Shown: positions 19,624 to 28,478 of the stretch, piece by piece
How the letters are laid out: the number at the start of each line of letters is the position of its first letter
How positions within the stretch are numbered: the stretch's first letter is position 1
From: Gemmatimonadales bacterium
Lineage (GTDB): Bacteria; Gemmatimonadota; Gemmatimonadetes; Gemmatimonadales; GWC2-71-9
DNA: 64,000 nt
NCBI GenBank assembly: GCA_039794085.1
Contig: JBDIWC010000005.1
Location: forward strand, 32,001-96,000
Direction of reading: 5' to 3'
Notes under the pieces: generated by a model
Database searches by the model: none
Told to the model about the DNA's origin: nothing
The model's input: only the letters and a program-made list of their open reading frames with translations
Program-made: the position numbers and the translations under genes

Positions 19624-21104
19624 GCCGTCTCCTCGGCCAACCAGGCCCGGATCACCTTCGCGGCAGTGTCGGGTGAGGAGGACGAGTGCTGCTGCAACTG
19701 GGTTCGGAGCTGCATGTTGGCCGGCGTGGGTGCGGGAATGGCGAACTCCTCCGGACTGGACGCGAGTGGCGGCGGAGTGGCGGTCGGCGGCGCGATCCGG
19801 GCTGCCCGCACCGGGCCGAGCGCGCGCCATCCGAGCAGAAACGCGACAAGAATGGCGAGTAGACTCGCCACCGGTTGCCCGAGGCGTTCCACAAGCTCCC
19901 AGATGGTGCTCTTCGGAGCCTCGGTCGGAAGGCTCAGCGTGGAGTCGAACCCGGGAACGATTCCGAAGGGCATGGCCAGCAGCGAGAGCTGGTCTCCCCG
20001 GGTGGCGTCGAAACCGATGGCATTCCGAATGGCAACCTCCAGGGACGCTCGGCGGCCGCCGTCGGCATCGAGGGAGGCGATGACCCGTTCATCCAGAAGC
20101 ACGGCCACGCTCATCCGCTGGATGGATCCGACGGCGCCGATGATCTTTTCGAGACGACGGGTGTTCTGGTACGTGTTGTTGTACACCGTCTGGGCCGATC
20201 CCGGGGCTCCCCCCCCCTCACTGACCTGCTCGGACTGGAGCACCTGACCCTCGGGGTCGAATGATTCCGTGGTGCGGTCCACCTGCTCGAAGTTGAGCTG
20301 GGCGGTCACCTCCACTCGTGCGGCGCCCGCTCCCACGGCGGCTGTCAGCAAGGCGGTCACCTTGTCGCGGAGGTGAGTCTCCACCGCGCGCTGGGCCTCG
20401 AGCTGGCGGGTCGTCATTCCGGTGGCGGTGGCCCCGTCTCCCTCCATCGGGGAGGAGAGGAGGCGGCCGGAGTCGTCCATCACTGCGACATGATCCGGGG
20501 AGAGGCGCTCCACGCTGTTGCTGAGAATGTGGGAGATGCCCCGGACCGTCTCGGGTGCCAGGCTCGCGCCCGGACGCAGAGTGAGCACGACCGCCGCCTG
20601 CACCGGGTGATCCAGTCGTCGCAGGGGGCTCGATTCCGGCAGGGCGAGATGGACCTGGGCTCCCTCGACTCCGCGGACCAGGCGAATCGTGCGGCTCAGT
20701 TCCCCTTCCAGGGCGCGGCGGTAGGTGATCCGTTGGGTGAAATCCGTCATCCCCCAGGAGGGACGATCGAACAGTTCGAGGCCCGGTCGCCCGTCGGCGG
20801 GAAGGCCATCCTGAGCCACCATGACCCGGGCGCGGGCCACGTCGCCCACCGGCACTTCCAGGTCCTGTCCCGAGGCGCTCAAGCGAAAGCGGATTCCACC
20901 CTGGGACAGGACGTCGGACACCCGGCCGATTTCGGCGAGTTCGAGACCCTGAAAAATCGGGACATACGTGGGGCGGCTGAACCAGACTCCCAACGCCAGG
21001 AGGCCACCGACCAGGAGAAGGGTCATCCCGGCCAACAGGGCCCTTTGGGGTCCGGGCACCGTGCGGACGAGCGTCGTCAAGGCGTTGCCGGGGAGGGAAG
21101 CCAT
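19620..21104 (-). CDS. fliF: MS-ring protein FliF
   Basis: GLELFD..WGMTDF..YRRALEGELSRTI, two TM segments, AKVIRAWL C-terminus. Confidence 0.95.
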   Translation of the reverse strand: MASLPGNALTTLVRTVPGPQRALLAGMTLLLVGGLLALGVWFSRPTYVPIFQGLELAEIGRVSDVLSQGGIRFRLSASGQDLEVPVGDVARARVMVAQDGLPADGRPGLELFDRPSWGMTDFTQRITYRRALEGELSRTIRLVRGVEGAQVHLALPESSPLRRLDHPVQAAVVLTLRPGASLAPETVRGISHILSNSVERLSPDHVAVMDDSGRLLSSPMEGDGATATGMTTRQLEAQRAVETHLRDKVTALLTAAVGAGAARVEVTAQLNFEQVDRTTESFDPEGQVLQSEQVSEGGGAPGSAQTVYNNTYQNTRRLEKIIGAVGSIQRMSVAVLLDERVIASLDADGGRRASLEVAIRNAIGFDATRGDQLSLLAMPFGIVPGFDSTLSLPTEAPKSTIWELVERLGQPVASLLAILVAFLLGWRALGPVRAARIAPPTATPPPLASSPEEFAIPAPTPANMQLRTQLQQHSSSSPDTAAKVIRAWLAEETA

Positions 21105-21124
21105 GGATCACCGCATCCTGGAAG

Positions 21125-21427
21125 TCATACCTGAATGCTCATGATCGTCCGGTAGGCGTCCTGCAGCTTGTTCCGGATCTCCACCAGGACTTCGAGCGAA
21201 ATGGAGGCTTCCTCCGCCGCCGCCATGACCTGGGCCAGGTCCACGGGCTCTCCGCGCATGAAGGCCGAGAAGAGGTCGTCCCGGGTCTGTTGCACTTCCC
21301 CGACTTCGTTCACGGCCCGCCGAAGCTGGTCCGCGAAGCCCGCGCCACCCGTGGGCCCGGTGACCGAGGGGAGCCGCGGCTCGATCGGGAGGAGGAATCC
21401 CCCGTCAGGACGGATCGGTGCGGTCAT
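21125..21427 (-). CDS. fliE: Hook-basal body protein FliE
   Basis: VMAAAEEASISLEVLVEIRNKLQDAYRTIMSIQV. Confidence 0.93.
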   Translation of the reverse strand: MTAPIRPDGGFLLPIEPRLPSVTGPTGGAGFADQLRRAVNEVGEVQQTRDDLFSAFMRGEPVDLAQVMAAAEEASISLEVLVEIRNKLQDAYRTIMSIQV

Positions 21428-21428
21428 C

Positions 21429-21704
21429 TCAGACCCGGACGTCGATGCGCTGGCCCACGGGCGCCTGCGGCGTGTCATGGTGCCCGGTACCCCGCCCGTA
21501 CGTCAGGGGGCCCCGGGCTGTCCTGGACAGAAAGAAGGAGCGCTCCTCGTCGGTCAGGATGTCCCAGAGGGTGGCGTCCTGACCCGCCGGTTTGGCCTCG
21601 GGAGGACCAGGAGGAGGTGCCGGGGGGCCCGGGTCCGGGGCGGGCAACGGCTGTGGCGTCGAGGCGCCGGCCAGGGGAAAGCGCGCAGCGGGCCCGATGT
21701 CCAT
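21429..21704 (-). CDS. Small hypothetical protein between flgC and fliE
   Basis: 91-aa ORF filling the gap exactly (1-2 bp spacers to neighbours). Confidence 0.65.
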   Translation of the reverse strand: MDIGPAARFPLAGASTPQPLPAPDPGPPAPPPGPPEAKPAGQDATLWDILTDEERSFFLSRTARGPLTYGRGTGHHDTPQAPVGQRIDVRV

Positions 21705-21706
21705 GC

Positions 21707-22129
21707 TCAGATCTCCAACGCCCGGCGCAACATCGCCTTGGCGGCCTGAAAGGCCGTGGCGTTCGCCTCGTGTAGCCGCCGAGCCATGACCAGATCGACC
21801 ATCTCCGTGGCCATGTCCACGTTGGGATGACGCACGTATCCCTGGGCGTCCGCGTCCGGGTGTCCGGGATCATAGACCAGCCGACCCTCCCCGGCGTCCG
21901 CCACCCGGTCGATGGTGACCTGCCCGGTGGCGTCGTCCCTCCGTGCCACCGCGAGCTGGCGGCGATAGGGGCCGCCCTCGGCGGTGCGCATCGTGTTGGC
22001 GTTGGCGATGTTCTCCGCGATGACGCTCATGAACTCCTGCTGGCGGGCCATGCCGCTCGCACTGGTGGCGAGAGGACCCAGGAGCCCCCGAAGGGGACGG
22101 GGAACGAGGGGACCGAGCGGATCAGCCAT
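21707..22129 (-). CDS. flgC: Rod protein FlgC
   Basis: IAENIANANT..GGPYRRQ, YDPGHPDADAQGYVRHPNVD. Confidence 0.96.
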   Translation of the reverse strand: MADPLGPLVPRPLRGLLGPLATSASGMARQQEFMSVIAENIANANTMRTAEGGPYRRQLAVARRDDATGQVTIDRVADAGEGRLVYDPGHPDADAQGYVRHPNVDMATEMVDLVMARRLHEANATAFQAAKAMLRRALEI

Positions 22130-22415
22130 TGCGCATCGTGACCCGGAGGTCGGCGTAGGCGCGCTGGAGAAGACGGGCCGTGGCCTCGAACCGCAGCTGG
22201 GTGTCGGCCAGGGAGGCCATGTTCGTCAGCAACTCCTGCTCGCCGATCGCCGTACCCGCGGCCTCACCGAGCGCATCGGCGAAGGAGGACGCGGAACTCG
22301 CCCGGCTGCCATCCGCCAGCCGGGTCGCAATCGCTGTATGGGTGGCGGACAACTCGGCCAGCCCGCCGCGAAGACGCCAGGGTGCCGTGCCAGTTCCAAA
22401 CAGTGCCTTGATCAT
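22122..22415 (-). CDS. flgB: Divergent, short rod protein FlgB
   Basis: First gene before flgC; C-terminal NMASLADTQLRFEA fits FlgB, but the canonical ANNIAN motif is degenerate. Confidence 0.7.
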   Translation of the reverse strand: MIKALFGTGTAPWRLRGGLAELSATHTAIATRLADGSRASSASSFADALGEAAGTAIGEQELLTNMASLADTQLRFEATARLLQRAYADLRVTMRNG

Positions 22416-22447
22416 GCGACGGCTCCAGAAGTGAGTGCCGTCAGAAA

Positions 22448-22463
22448 GGCAAGGCGTATACCA
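22448..22463 (-). promoter_or_regulatory. sigma54 -24/-12 promoter for the flgB operon
   Basis: Minus strand TGGTATACGCCTTGCC (GG-N10-GC), about 33 bp upstream of the flgB ATG. Confidence 0.8.
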
Positions 22464-22563
22464 CAGAAGGCAGGGCCACTGCCCCGCCCTGTAACTGATG
22501 AACCGATAGGTGGTTAGATGGGTGGCGCCAGGAGAAGGTGGGGGGGGACGGGACCCGCTCAGG

Positions 22564-22602
22564 CCGGAAGAAGCTGCCGCCTGAACCGGCGGATCTTGCC
22601 TT
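22564..22602. promoter_or_regulatory. Tandem putative enhancer sites
   Basis: CCGGAA-GAAGC-TGCCGC (22564-22580) and CCGGCG-GATCT-TGCCTT (22586-22602), about 100 bp upstream of the -24 box. Confidence 0.55.
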
Positions 22603-22620
22603 CCGGTCCCTCGCAGATCT

Positions 22621-24021
22621 TCAGGCCGCGGGGGTCTTCGGTGTGTTGAGTTTGTTCCGCAGCGTCCGTTCGCTGACTCCCAGAAGCTTGGCCGCCTTGA
22701 TCCGATGCCCTCCGGTCACTTCCAGCGCCCGGGTGATGGCCTCCCGCTCGAGCTGGGCCAGGTCCAGTGTGTCCGAAGAAAAGGGTGGGGGGGTCCCGCG
22801 ACTCAAGGCCAGGCCCGTCCCCTCCGGCGCGGGGGACGACATGGGAGCGGGTGCCCCGCCCCGCAGATCGGAGAAGGCCACTGGAGTGATGGACCGGCCA
22901 CCCGCAAAGATGACCGCGCGTTCCACCGCGTGGCTCAATTCCCGGACATTCCCGGGCCAGGTGTGCTCCTGGAGGCACTGCAACGCCTCGGGAGAAATAT
23001 CTGGAACGCTCACCGACAGTTCCGAGGCGGCGAGGCGGAGAAAGTGGTTGACCAGCAACGGAATGTCGTCGGTCCGCTCCCGCAGGGGAGGGGACCGGAG
23101 TGGCACCACGTTCAGCCGGTAGAACAGGTCCGCCCGGAAGCGCCCCTCCTCGACCTCGGAACGCAGGCATCGATTCGTGGTGGCCACCAGGCGGACGTCC
23201 ACCTTGACGCTTTGTGATCCCCCGACGCGCTCGAATTCCTGCTCCTGGATCGCCCGGAGCAGCTTGGCCTGGAGATCGAGACGCATCTCCGAAATCTCAT
23301 CCAGAAGGAGCGTGCCCCCGTGGGCTCGTTCGAAGGCGCCTTGGACCCGTCCGACGGCGCCCGTGAAGGCCCCCTTCTCGTGGCCGAACAGAACGCTTTC
23401 GATGAGTCCCTCGGGCATCGCGGCGCAGTTCACCGTGACGAAGGGACCCTTGGCCCGGCTGCCGAGATCGTGCAGTGCGCGGGCAAGCACCTCCTTGCCG
23501 GTTCCCGATTCCCCCTCGAGGAGAACGGCGGCCTTGGTGGGGGCCACGGTCGCCACCTGCTCCATCAGGCGGCGCATGACGGCACTCTGTCCGATGATGA
23601 CCCGGCCGACCTTCAGGGCATTCAACTCCGCGCGAATCCGTTCGTTCTCCAGCTCCAGCTCCCGAAAGCTCAGGGCGTGCGTGATGGCGGATTCGAGGCG
23701 GGCCGCGTTGATCGGTTTGGTGATGTAGTCCACGGCACCGCTGCGGATCGACACCACCGCGTGGTCGATGCTGGAAAAGGCGGTCATGATGATCGTAGGG
23801 ATGTGGTGCCCCTCCTGTTCCAAGGCGCTCGCCAGCTCCAGCCCCGTCATCCGCGGCATCTGGTAGTCCGCGAGGACCAGGTCGATGGGGCGGTGATCCG
23901 CCTCCCGTAGCGCATCCTCCGCGCTGATCGCGAACACCGCTTGATGACCGAGGCGGGTCAGGGCGTGTTCGAGCACCACTCCGACCGAGGGTTCGTCATC
24001 CACACACATGATCGTGGCCAT
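22621..24021 (-). CDS. sigma54-dependent response regulator (REC-AAA+-HTH), probable flagellar activator
   Basis: REC (VDDE, ADYQMP), GESGTGKE, GAFTGA, LLLDEISEM, Fis-type HTH. Confidence 0.93.
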   Translation of the reverse strand: MATIMCVDDEPSVGVVLEHALTRLGHQAVFAISAEDALREADHRPIDLVLADYQMPRMTGLELASALEQEGHHIPTIIMTAFSSIDHAVVSIRSGAVDYITKPINAARLESAITHALSFRELELENERIRAELNALKVGRVIIGQSAVMRRLMEQVATVAPTKAAVLLEGESGTGKEVLARALHDLGSRAKGPFVTVNCAAMPEGLIESVLFGHEKGAFTGAVGRVQGAFERAHGGTLLLDEISEMRLDLQAKLLRAIQEQEFERVGGSQSVKVDVRLVATTNRCLRSEVEEGRFRADLFYRLNVVPLRSPPLRERTDDIPLLVNHFLRLAASELSVSVPDISPEALQCLQEHTWPGNVRELSHAVERAVIFAGGRSITPVAFSDLRGGAPAPMSSPAPEGTGLALSRGTPPPFSSDTLDLAQLEREAITRALEVTGGHRIKAAKLLGVSERTLRNKLNTPKTPAA

Positions 24022-24052
24022 GCTCAGCACCTTCCGTGATGGGGGACCTCCC

Positions 24053-24080
24053 TCAAGGCGGGGGCCCCGTGATCCGATAC
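24053..24080 (+). promoter_or_regulatory. sigma28-like promoter for flgL
   Basis: TCAA-N16-TCCGATAC, 30 bp before the flgL ATG. Confidence 0.7.
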
Positions 24081-24110
24081 CCTCGGGACAACCACCTGAG
24101 GGTAGACCGC

Positions 24111-24980
24111 ATGCGCATTTCGACCGCCAACCTCCAGCAGCGGGTCCTGCGGGACCTCCAAATCGGCCTGGCCCAGCTCGACCAAGCCCGGGAAAACGCC
24201 AGCTCCGGAAAGCGGGTCCTGCGCGCCTCGGATGATCCGGTCGCCACCGCCCGGATTCTCCGGACCGACCGCGACCTCCGGGCCATCGACCAGTACCAGC
24301 GCACCATCGGCTCGGTACGAACCCGCCTCGACACCGAGGAGGCCGTCCTCGACCAGGTGACCGACATCGTGGGCCGGGCCCGGGAGCTGGCCGTGGCCCA
24401 AGGCACGGCCAGTGCCACGGCCGAAAGCCGCGCGATCACGGCCCTCGAGGTGGATCGCCTTCTCGAACAGGTCGTCGCCCTGGGAAACACCCGTGTGGGC
24501 AACGAGTTCCTTTTCGCCGGCGCCGCCACCGGGGCCCCTCCCATGCAGGCCGGCGGGGTGTACGTGGGCGACACCACCACTCGCCAGGCCGAAATCGGTG
24601 CCGGGGTGCTGGTTCCCCTGCCGCACCATGGCGAAGAACTCTTCATCTCCTCCGGCACCGTGGCCGGCCTCATTGCGCTGCGGGATGCACTGAACGCGAA
24701 CGACCAAACGTCTGTCATGACGGCGATCGGGGGCCTCGACACGGCCTTCGACCGCACCCAGGGCTTCGTCGCCGACATCGGGGCACGGACCCGGCAACTC
24801 GACTCCATGGCCTCCAGCCATGAGTCCACGAGCGCCACGGTCCTTCTCCAGCGCAGCGACCTTCAGGACGTGTCCCTGGAGGAGGCCACGATCCGCATGG
24901 TCGGCTTGCAGACCACAATACAGGCGGCACTCCTCGCCGCCAACCGTGTGCTCACCACCTCCCTGGCGGATCGACTGTGA
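24111..24980 (+). CDS. flgL: Hook-associated protein FlgL
   Basis: MRISTAN..., SSGKRVLRASDDPVA, FLFAG, flagellin-like C-terminus; 289 aa. Confidence 0.88.
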   Translation: MRISTANLQQRVLRDLQIGLAQLDQARENASSGKRVLRASDDPVATARILRTDRDLRAIDQYQRTIGSVRTRLDTEEAVLDQVTDIVGRARELAVAQGTASATAESRAITALEVDRLLEQVVALGNTRVGNEFLFAGAATGAPPMQAGGVYVGDTTTRQAEIGAGVLVPLPHHGEELFISSGTVAGLIALRDALNANDQTSVMTAIGGLDTAFDRTQGFVADIGARTRQLDSMASSHESTSATVLLQRSDLQDVSLEEATIRMVGLQTTIQAALLAANRVLTTSLADRL

Positions 24981-25456
24981 GCCCCGCCGCCGCCGAGTGT
25001 TCCGCCGCCTCCGATGCACTGAATGTGCCAACACGACTTTTTGGGAACCTGAGTGTCAACCGGGAGACATGTTACGACTTTACGCTTGGCCTGCCGGGCT
25101 TTCCGGGCCTCCGGGTCTTTACGCTCCTCCCCGCGGCCCCGGTCGGACTCCATTGGTTGCAGTCGGTCGAGGAACCCGCTCTTGCATTTCTCCTCACTCC
25201 CACGGACCGTCTCGTCCCCGACTTCGACCGTCGGGCCGTGAAAGCCGGCGCAGCGGATCTTCTCTTCGCCATCATCACGCTCCCCGCCACGAAGGGAGCC
25301 CCGGCCACCGCCAATCTTCAGGCACCTCTCCTCCTCGATCCGGTGGAGAGGACGGCCAGGCAGTGCATTCTGGAACGCTCCCCCTGGGGATTTCACCACC
25401 CGGTTTCCCTCGCATTTCTGGCCGCTTCCTCAAGTTCCTCCCCACCGACCCGATAA
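24977..25456 (+). CDS. fliW: Flagellar assembly factor FliW
   Basis: TRLFG, GLPGF, WLQS..EP.LAF, TANLQAP motifs. Confidence 0.88.
   Translation: MSPAAAECSAASDALNVPTRLFGNLSVNRETCYDFTLGLPGFPGLRVFTLLPAAPVGLHWLQSVEEPALAFLLTPTDRLVPDFDRRAVKAGAADLLFAIITLPATKGAPATANLQAPLLLDPVERTARQCILERSPWGFHHPVSLAFLAASSSSSPPTR
25430..25456 (+). promoter_or_regulatory. sigma28 promoter for fliC (inside the fliW 3' end)
   Basis: TCAA-N15-CCCGATAA, about 85 bp upstream of fliC. Confidence 0.75.
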
Positions 25457-25492
25457 CTCTCACCAGCGGCGGGGTGCTTCCCCACGCAATCC

Positions 25493-25530
25493 ACAGGAGC
25501 AGGGACGCTCCGTCACACATCATCAGGGAG
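25493..25530 (+). promoter_or_regulatory. Putative CsrA-binding hairpin and sites in the fliC leader
   Basis: Stem GGAGC/GCTCC with loop AGGGAC (ANGGA) at 25496-25511; second AGGGA at the SD. Confidence 0.6.
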
Positions 25531-25540
25531 TGAAAGAACC

Positions 25541-26638
25541 ATGCGTATCAACACGAACGTCGCGGCACTGAACGCGAACCGTCACCTCGATGTCTCCACG
25601 TCGGGACTCGAGAAGTCCATCCAGCGGCTTTCGTCGGGCTTCCGGATCAACCGCTCCGGCGACGACGCGGCCGGTCTCGCCATCGCCAACAAGCTCCGCG
25701 CCGAAAGCCGAAGCTTGCTCCAGGCCTCCCGGAACGCCTCCCAGGCCTCCGCGATGCTCCAGATCGCCGACGGCGCGGTGAGCACCATCGGCGGGATCCT
25801 GGACCGGATGAAGGAGCTCGCCTCGCAGGCGAACTCGGACAACATCGGGGGCGAGCGTGACAAGCTCGATGCCGAGTTCCAGGAACTGATCGCGGAAGTG
25901 GGCCGGATCGCGAGCACCACCAAGTTCCAGGGAGCCGCCCTGGTCGACGGCACCTTCGGCAGCTCGGTGGATACGAACCCCGCCAATAGTACTGTCCTGG
26001 CCGTCGCCGGCGTGAACTCGGTTGCCATCAGCGGCGCCAAGGTCGGTACCTTCACCATCACCTCGCCTTCGGTGGGGAACCTGACCATGACCGCCAACGG
26101 TGTGGCGCAGACCATCAGCAACGTGGCCGGGGCGCAGGTTCTCGATTTCTCCGCCCATGGCGTCAAGATCACTACGGGCGCAGGTTTCGTGGCCGACTCG
26201 GCTGTCGGGAATGTCGTGGTGGCCGGCGGGACGGGCAAGTTCATGGTCAGTTCCAGCGGTGACTTTGCCGGAAACGACCTCATCAGCCTCGGCACCGTGG
26301 ATCTGAGTACCGCCGCCACCGGGCTCAACCTGGCGGGTCTCGACGTCACCAGTGCCGCGAATGCCCAAACCGCGCTGACCCGGATCGATGCGGCCATCGA
26401 CAGCGCCAACACGGTGGTCGGAACCCTCGGCGCGGCCCAGAGCCGTCTCGAGTTCGCCCGCGCCAACGTCTCCACTCTGGTGGAAAACGTGCAGGCCGCG
26501 GAATCGACGATCCGGGACGCGGACATCGCTCTCGAAACCGTCGCCTTCACCAAGTTCCAGATCCTCCAGCAGGCCGGCACGGCCATGCTGGCCCAGGCGA
26601 ACCAGGCCCCGCAGACGGTCCTGAGTCTCCTTCGGTAA
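25541..26638 (+). CDS. fliC: Flagellin
   Basis: MRINTNVAAL..RLSSGFRINRSGDDAAGLAI; QILQQAGTAMLAQANQAPQTVLSLLR. Confidence 0.98.
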   Translation: MRINTNVAALNANRHLDVSTSGLEKSIQRLSSGFRINRSGDDAAGLAIANKLRAESRSLLQASRNASQASAMLQIADGAVSTIGGILDRMKELASQANSDNIGGERDKLDAEFQELIAEVGRIASTTKFQGAALVDGTFGSSVDTNPANSTVLAVAGVNSVAISGAKVGTFTITSPSVGNLTMTANGVAQTISNVAGAQVLDFSAHGVKITTGAGFVADSAVGNVVVAGGTGKFMVSSSGDFAGNDLISLGTVDLSTAATGLNLAGLDVTSAANAQTALTRIDAAIDSANTVVGTLGAAQSRLEFARANVSTLVENVQAAESTIRDADIALETVAFTKFQILQQAGTAMLAQANQAPQTVLSLLR

Positions 26639-26652
26639 CCCGAGCCGCGCGT

Positions 26653-26679
26653 CCCGGGGCGATCAGTTCGCGCCCCGGG
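26653..26679 (+). terminator. GC-rich hairpin after fliC (terminator or mRNA stabiliser)
   Basis: CCCGGGGCG-N9-CGCCCCGGG; no U-tract. Confidence 0.5.
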
Positions 26680-26708
26680 CCGCGTGAGGCTCTCACAGGG
26701 GCGCGCAC

Positions 26709-28058
26709 ATGGATCCCATCTCGTCGTTTTCAGGTCTCGCCAGCGGTTTCAATTTTCGCGAGCTGGTCGACGCGGTCATCCAGGTCGAAAGCCGCCCGGT
26801 GGTTCGGGCTCGCGAGGCGATCTCGGCCGCCGACGCGCGCGAGAGTGCTCTCGGCACCTACCGCAGTCTCCTGGTGGCGTTGCGAGACGCCCTCACCGCC
26901 CTCCGCGATGGGTCCGCCTTCGACGCCTTGAGCACCACTGTGACCGGCCAGGCCTCAGGAGGGCGTCCCCTTCTCAGTGCCAGTGCCGGCAGTACGGCGA
27001 CCCCCGGGACCTTCCAGGTCGAGGTCACCACCCTCGCCGCTTCCGAGAAGCGCGGGAGCCTTGCCCAGGCGGACAGCACCACTGCACTCGGCTTGGCAGG
27101 GGATTTCACCGTCAACGGCCAAACCGTCACGGTGACCACCGACGATTCGCTGGCCGCCATCCGGGACCGGATCAACACCCTCAACACCGGAGCCACGCCC
27201 ACCGGGGTCAGCGCATCGATCCTGACGGTCGGGGCGGGTGATGCGCGCCTGATCCTCACCAGCACCACGCCCGGGGCGGCGGGCATCGCCTTGGCGGACA
27301 CAACCGGCACCGTCCTCGGAACCCTGGGCCTTCTCGACCCAGGCGCGATCCTGACGGCGGGATCCGATGCCCAGTTTTCCATCGACGGGGTGGCGTTGAC
27401 CCGGACGACCAATGCCGTGACGGACGCCATCGAGGGACTCACGCTCTCCCTCGAAACCGCCGAGCCGGGGACGGTCGCGACCGTCTCCGTGACCCGCTTC
27501 GTGGGTGAAGCGACGGCCGCGGCCTCCACCTTCGTTCAGGCCTACAATGCCGTCGTGGACTTTCATGCCCAGCAGCAGGTGAGTGGTGCACTCCGGACCG
27601 ACGCCACCCTCCGCGCCAGCCGCAGCGAGTTCAGTCGTCATCTGCTTGGGGTTCTCACGGGAACCGGGGGACTGGCGGCGGGCGCCACCCAGTTCGGGTT
27701 CTCGCTGACACGATCGGGAACTCTGTCGGTGGATACCGCGGTCCTCGATGGCGCCCTGCAGAACGGGTTCACCGACGTCAAGACCCTCTTTGCCGACAGT
27801 ACCGCCGCTGCGGACTTCGAAACCGCGCTCGACGACCTGCTCCGCTCGGGAACGGGAACCCTGGACATCAAGACAAGCGCGCTGGATGGCCTGCGCACTG
27901 CTCAGGAAGCGCGGGTGGAGCGCCTGCAATCCCGGCTTGACCGGCGTGAGGAGTCGCTTCTCCGGCAATTCTCCCGCATGGAGGCGGCGATCGGGAGACT
28001 CCAGTCCCAGGGCACCTTCCTTCAGGCGCAGCTCCCGAGCCTCGGAGGGGCGAGCTGA
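26709..28058 (+). CDS. fliD: Filament cap protein FliD
   Basis: SFSGLASGFNFRELVD; DAQFSIDGV..RTTNAVTDAIEGLTL; LRQFSRMEAAI C-terminus. Confidence 0.93.
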   Translation: MDPISSFSGLASGFNFRELVDAVIQVESRPVVRAREAISAADARESALGTYRSLLVALRDALTALRDGSAFDALSTTVTGQASGGRPLLSASAGSTATPGTFQVEVTTLAASEKRGSLAQADSTTALGLAGDFTVNGQTVTVTTDDSLAAIRDRINTLNTGATPTGVSASILTVGAGDARLILTSTTPGAAGIALADTTGTVLGTLGLLDPGAILTAGSDAQFSIDGVALTRTTNAVTDAIEGLTLSLETAEPGTVATVSVTRFVGEATAAASTFVQAYNAVVDFHAQQQVSGALRTDATLRASRSEFSRHLLGVLTGTGGLAAGATQFGFSLTRSGTLSVDTAVLDGALQNGFTDVKTLFADSTAAADFETALDDLLRSGTGTLDIKTSALDGLRTAQEARVERLQSRLDRREESLLRQFSRMEAAIGRLQSQGTFLQAQLPSLGGAS

Positions 28059-28477
28059 TGAGGGCCCCGGGGACGACCCGTTACCAGGAACTGGACGTGC
28101 TCTCGATGTCCCCGGGAGCTCGGTTGCTTCTGCTCTACCGGCACTTGGAGGGGCATCTTCGGTTGGCCCAGCGGGCACTGGAAGGGGGAGACGTCGAGAC
28201 TCGGACCACACGACTGGGCAAGGCGTCCGACATCGTCGCCGAGCTCCTCGGTTCCCTTGATCGGGACCAAGGGGGCGACTTGGCGGACCGACTCGCTTCC
28301 TTCTATGCCTGGATTCTCGGAGAAATCCCCGCCATTCTCTCCCCACAGGACGGGAACCGACTGACCCGAATCGCGGACATGGTGTCCGATCTGCAATCCG
28401 CCTGGGCCACGGCGGTCCACGAGGCCGAGCAGGGGAAGGCGCCGGCGGACTCCTTGGCTTCCAGAACCTGGGGGTAA
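28058..28477 (+). CDS. fliS: Flagellin chaperone FliS
   Basis: YQELDVLSMSPGARLLLLY, KASDIVAELLGSLD..GGDLA, LQSAW. Confidence 0.9.
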   Translation: MRAPGTTRYQELDVLSMSPGARLLLLYRHLEGHLRLAQRALEGGDVETRTTRLGKASDIVAELLGSLDRDQGGDLADRLASFYAWILGEIPAILSPQDGNRLTRIADMVSDLQSAWATAVHEAEQGKAPADSLASRTWG

Positions 28478-28478
28478 T

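Noticed and set aside
20209..20217. Shorter G/C runs (fliF C9, C10 at 31317, G8-G9 elsewhere) as phase-variation sites
   Set aside because: Runs of this length are plausible by chance at this GC content; only the 13-mer was kept.
4244..21104. Non-flagellar type III injectisome
   Set aside because: The export genes are embedded among rod, hook, switch and flagellin genes; no secretin or needle genes are present.
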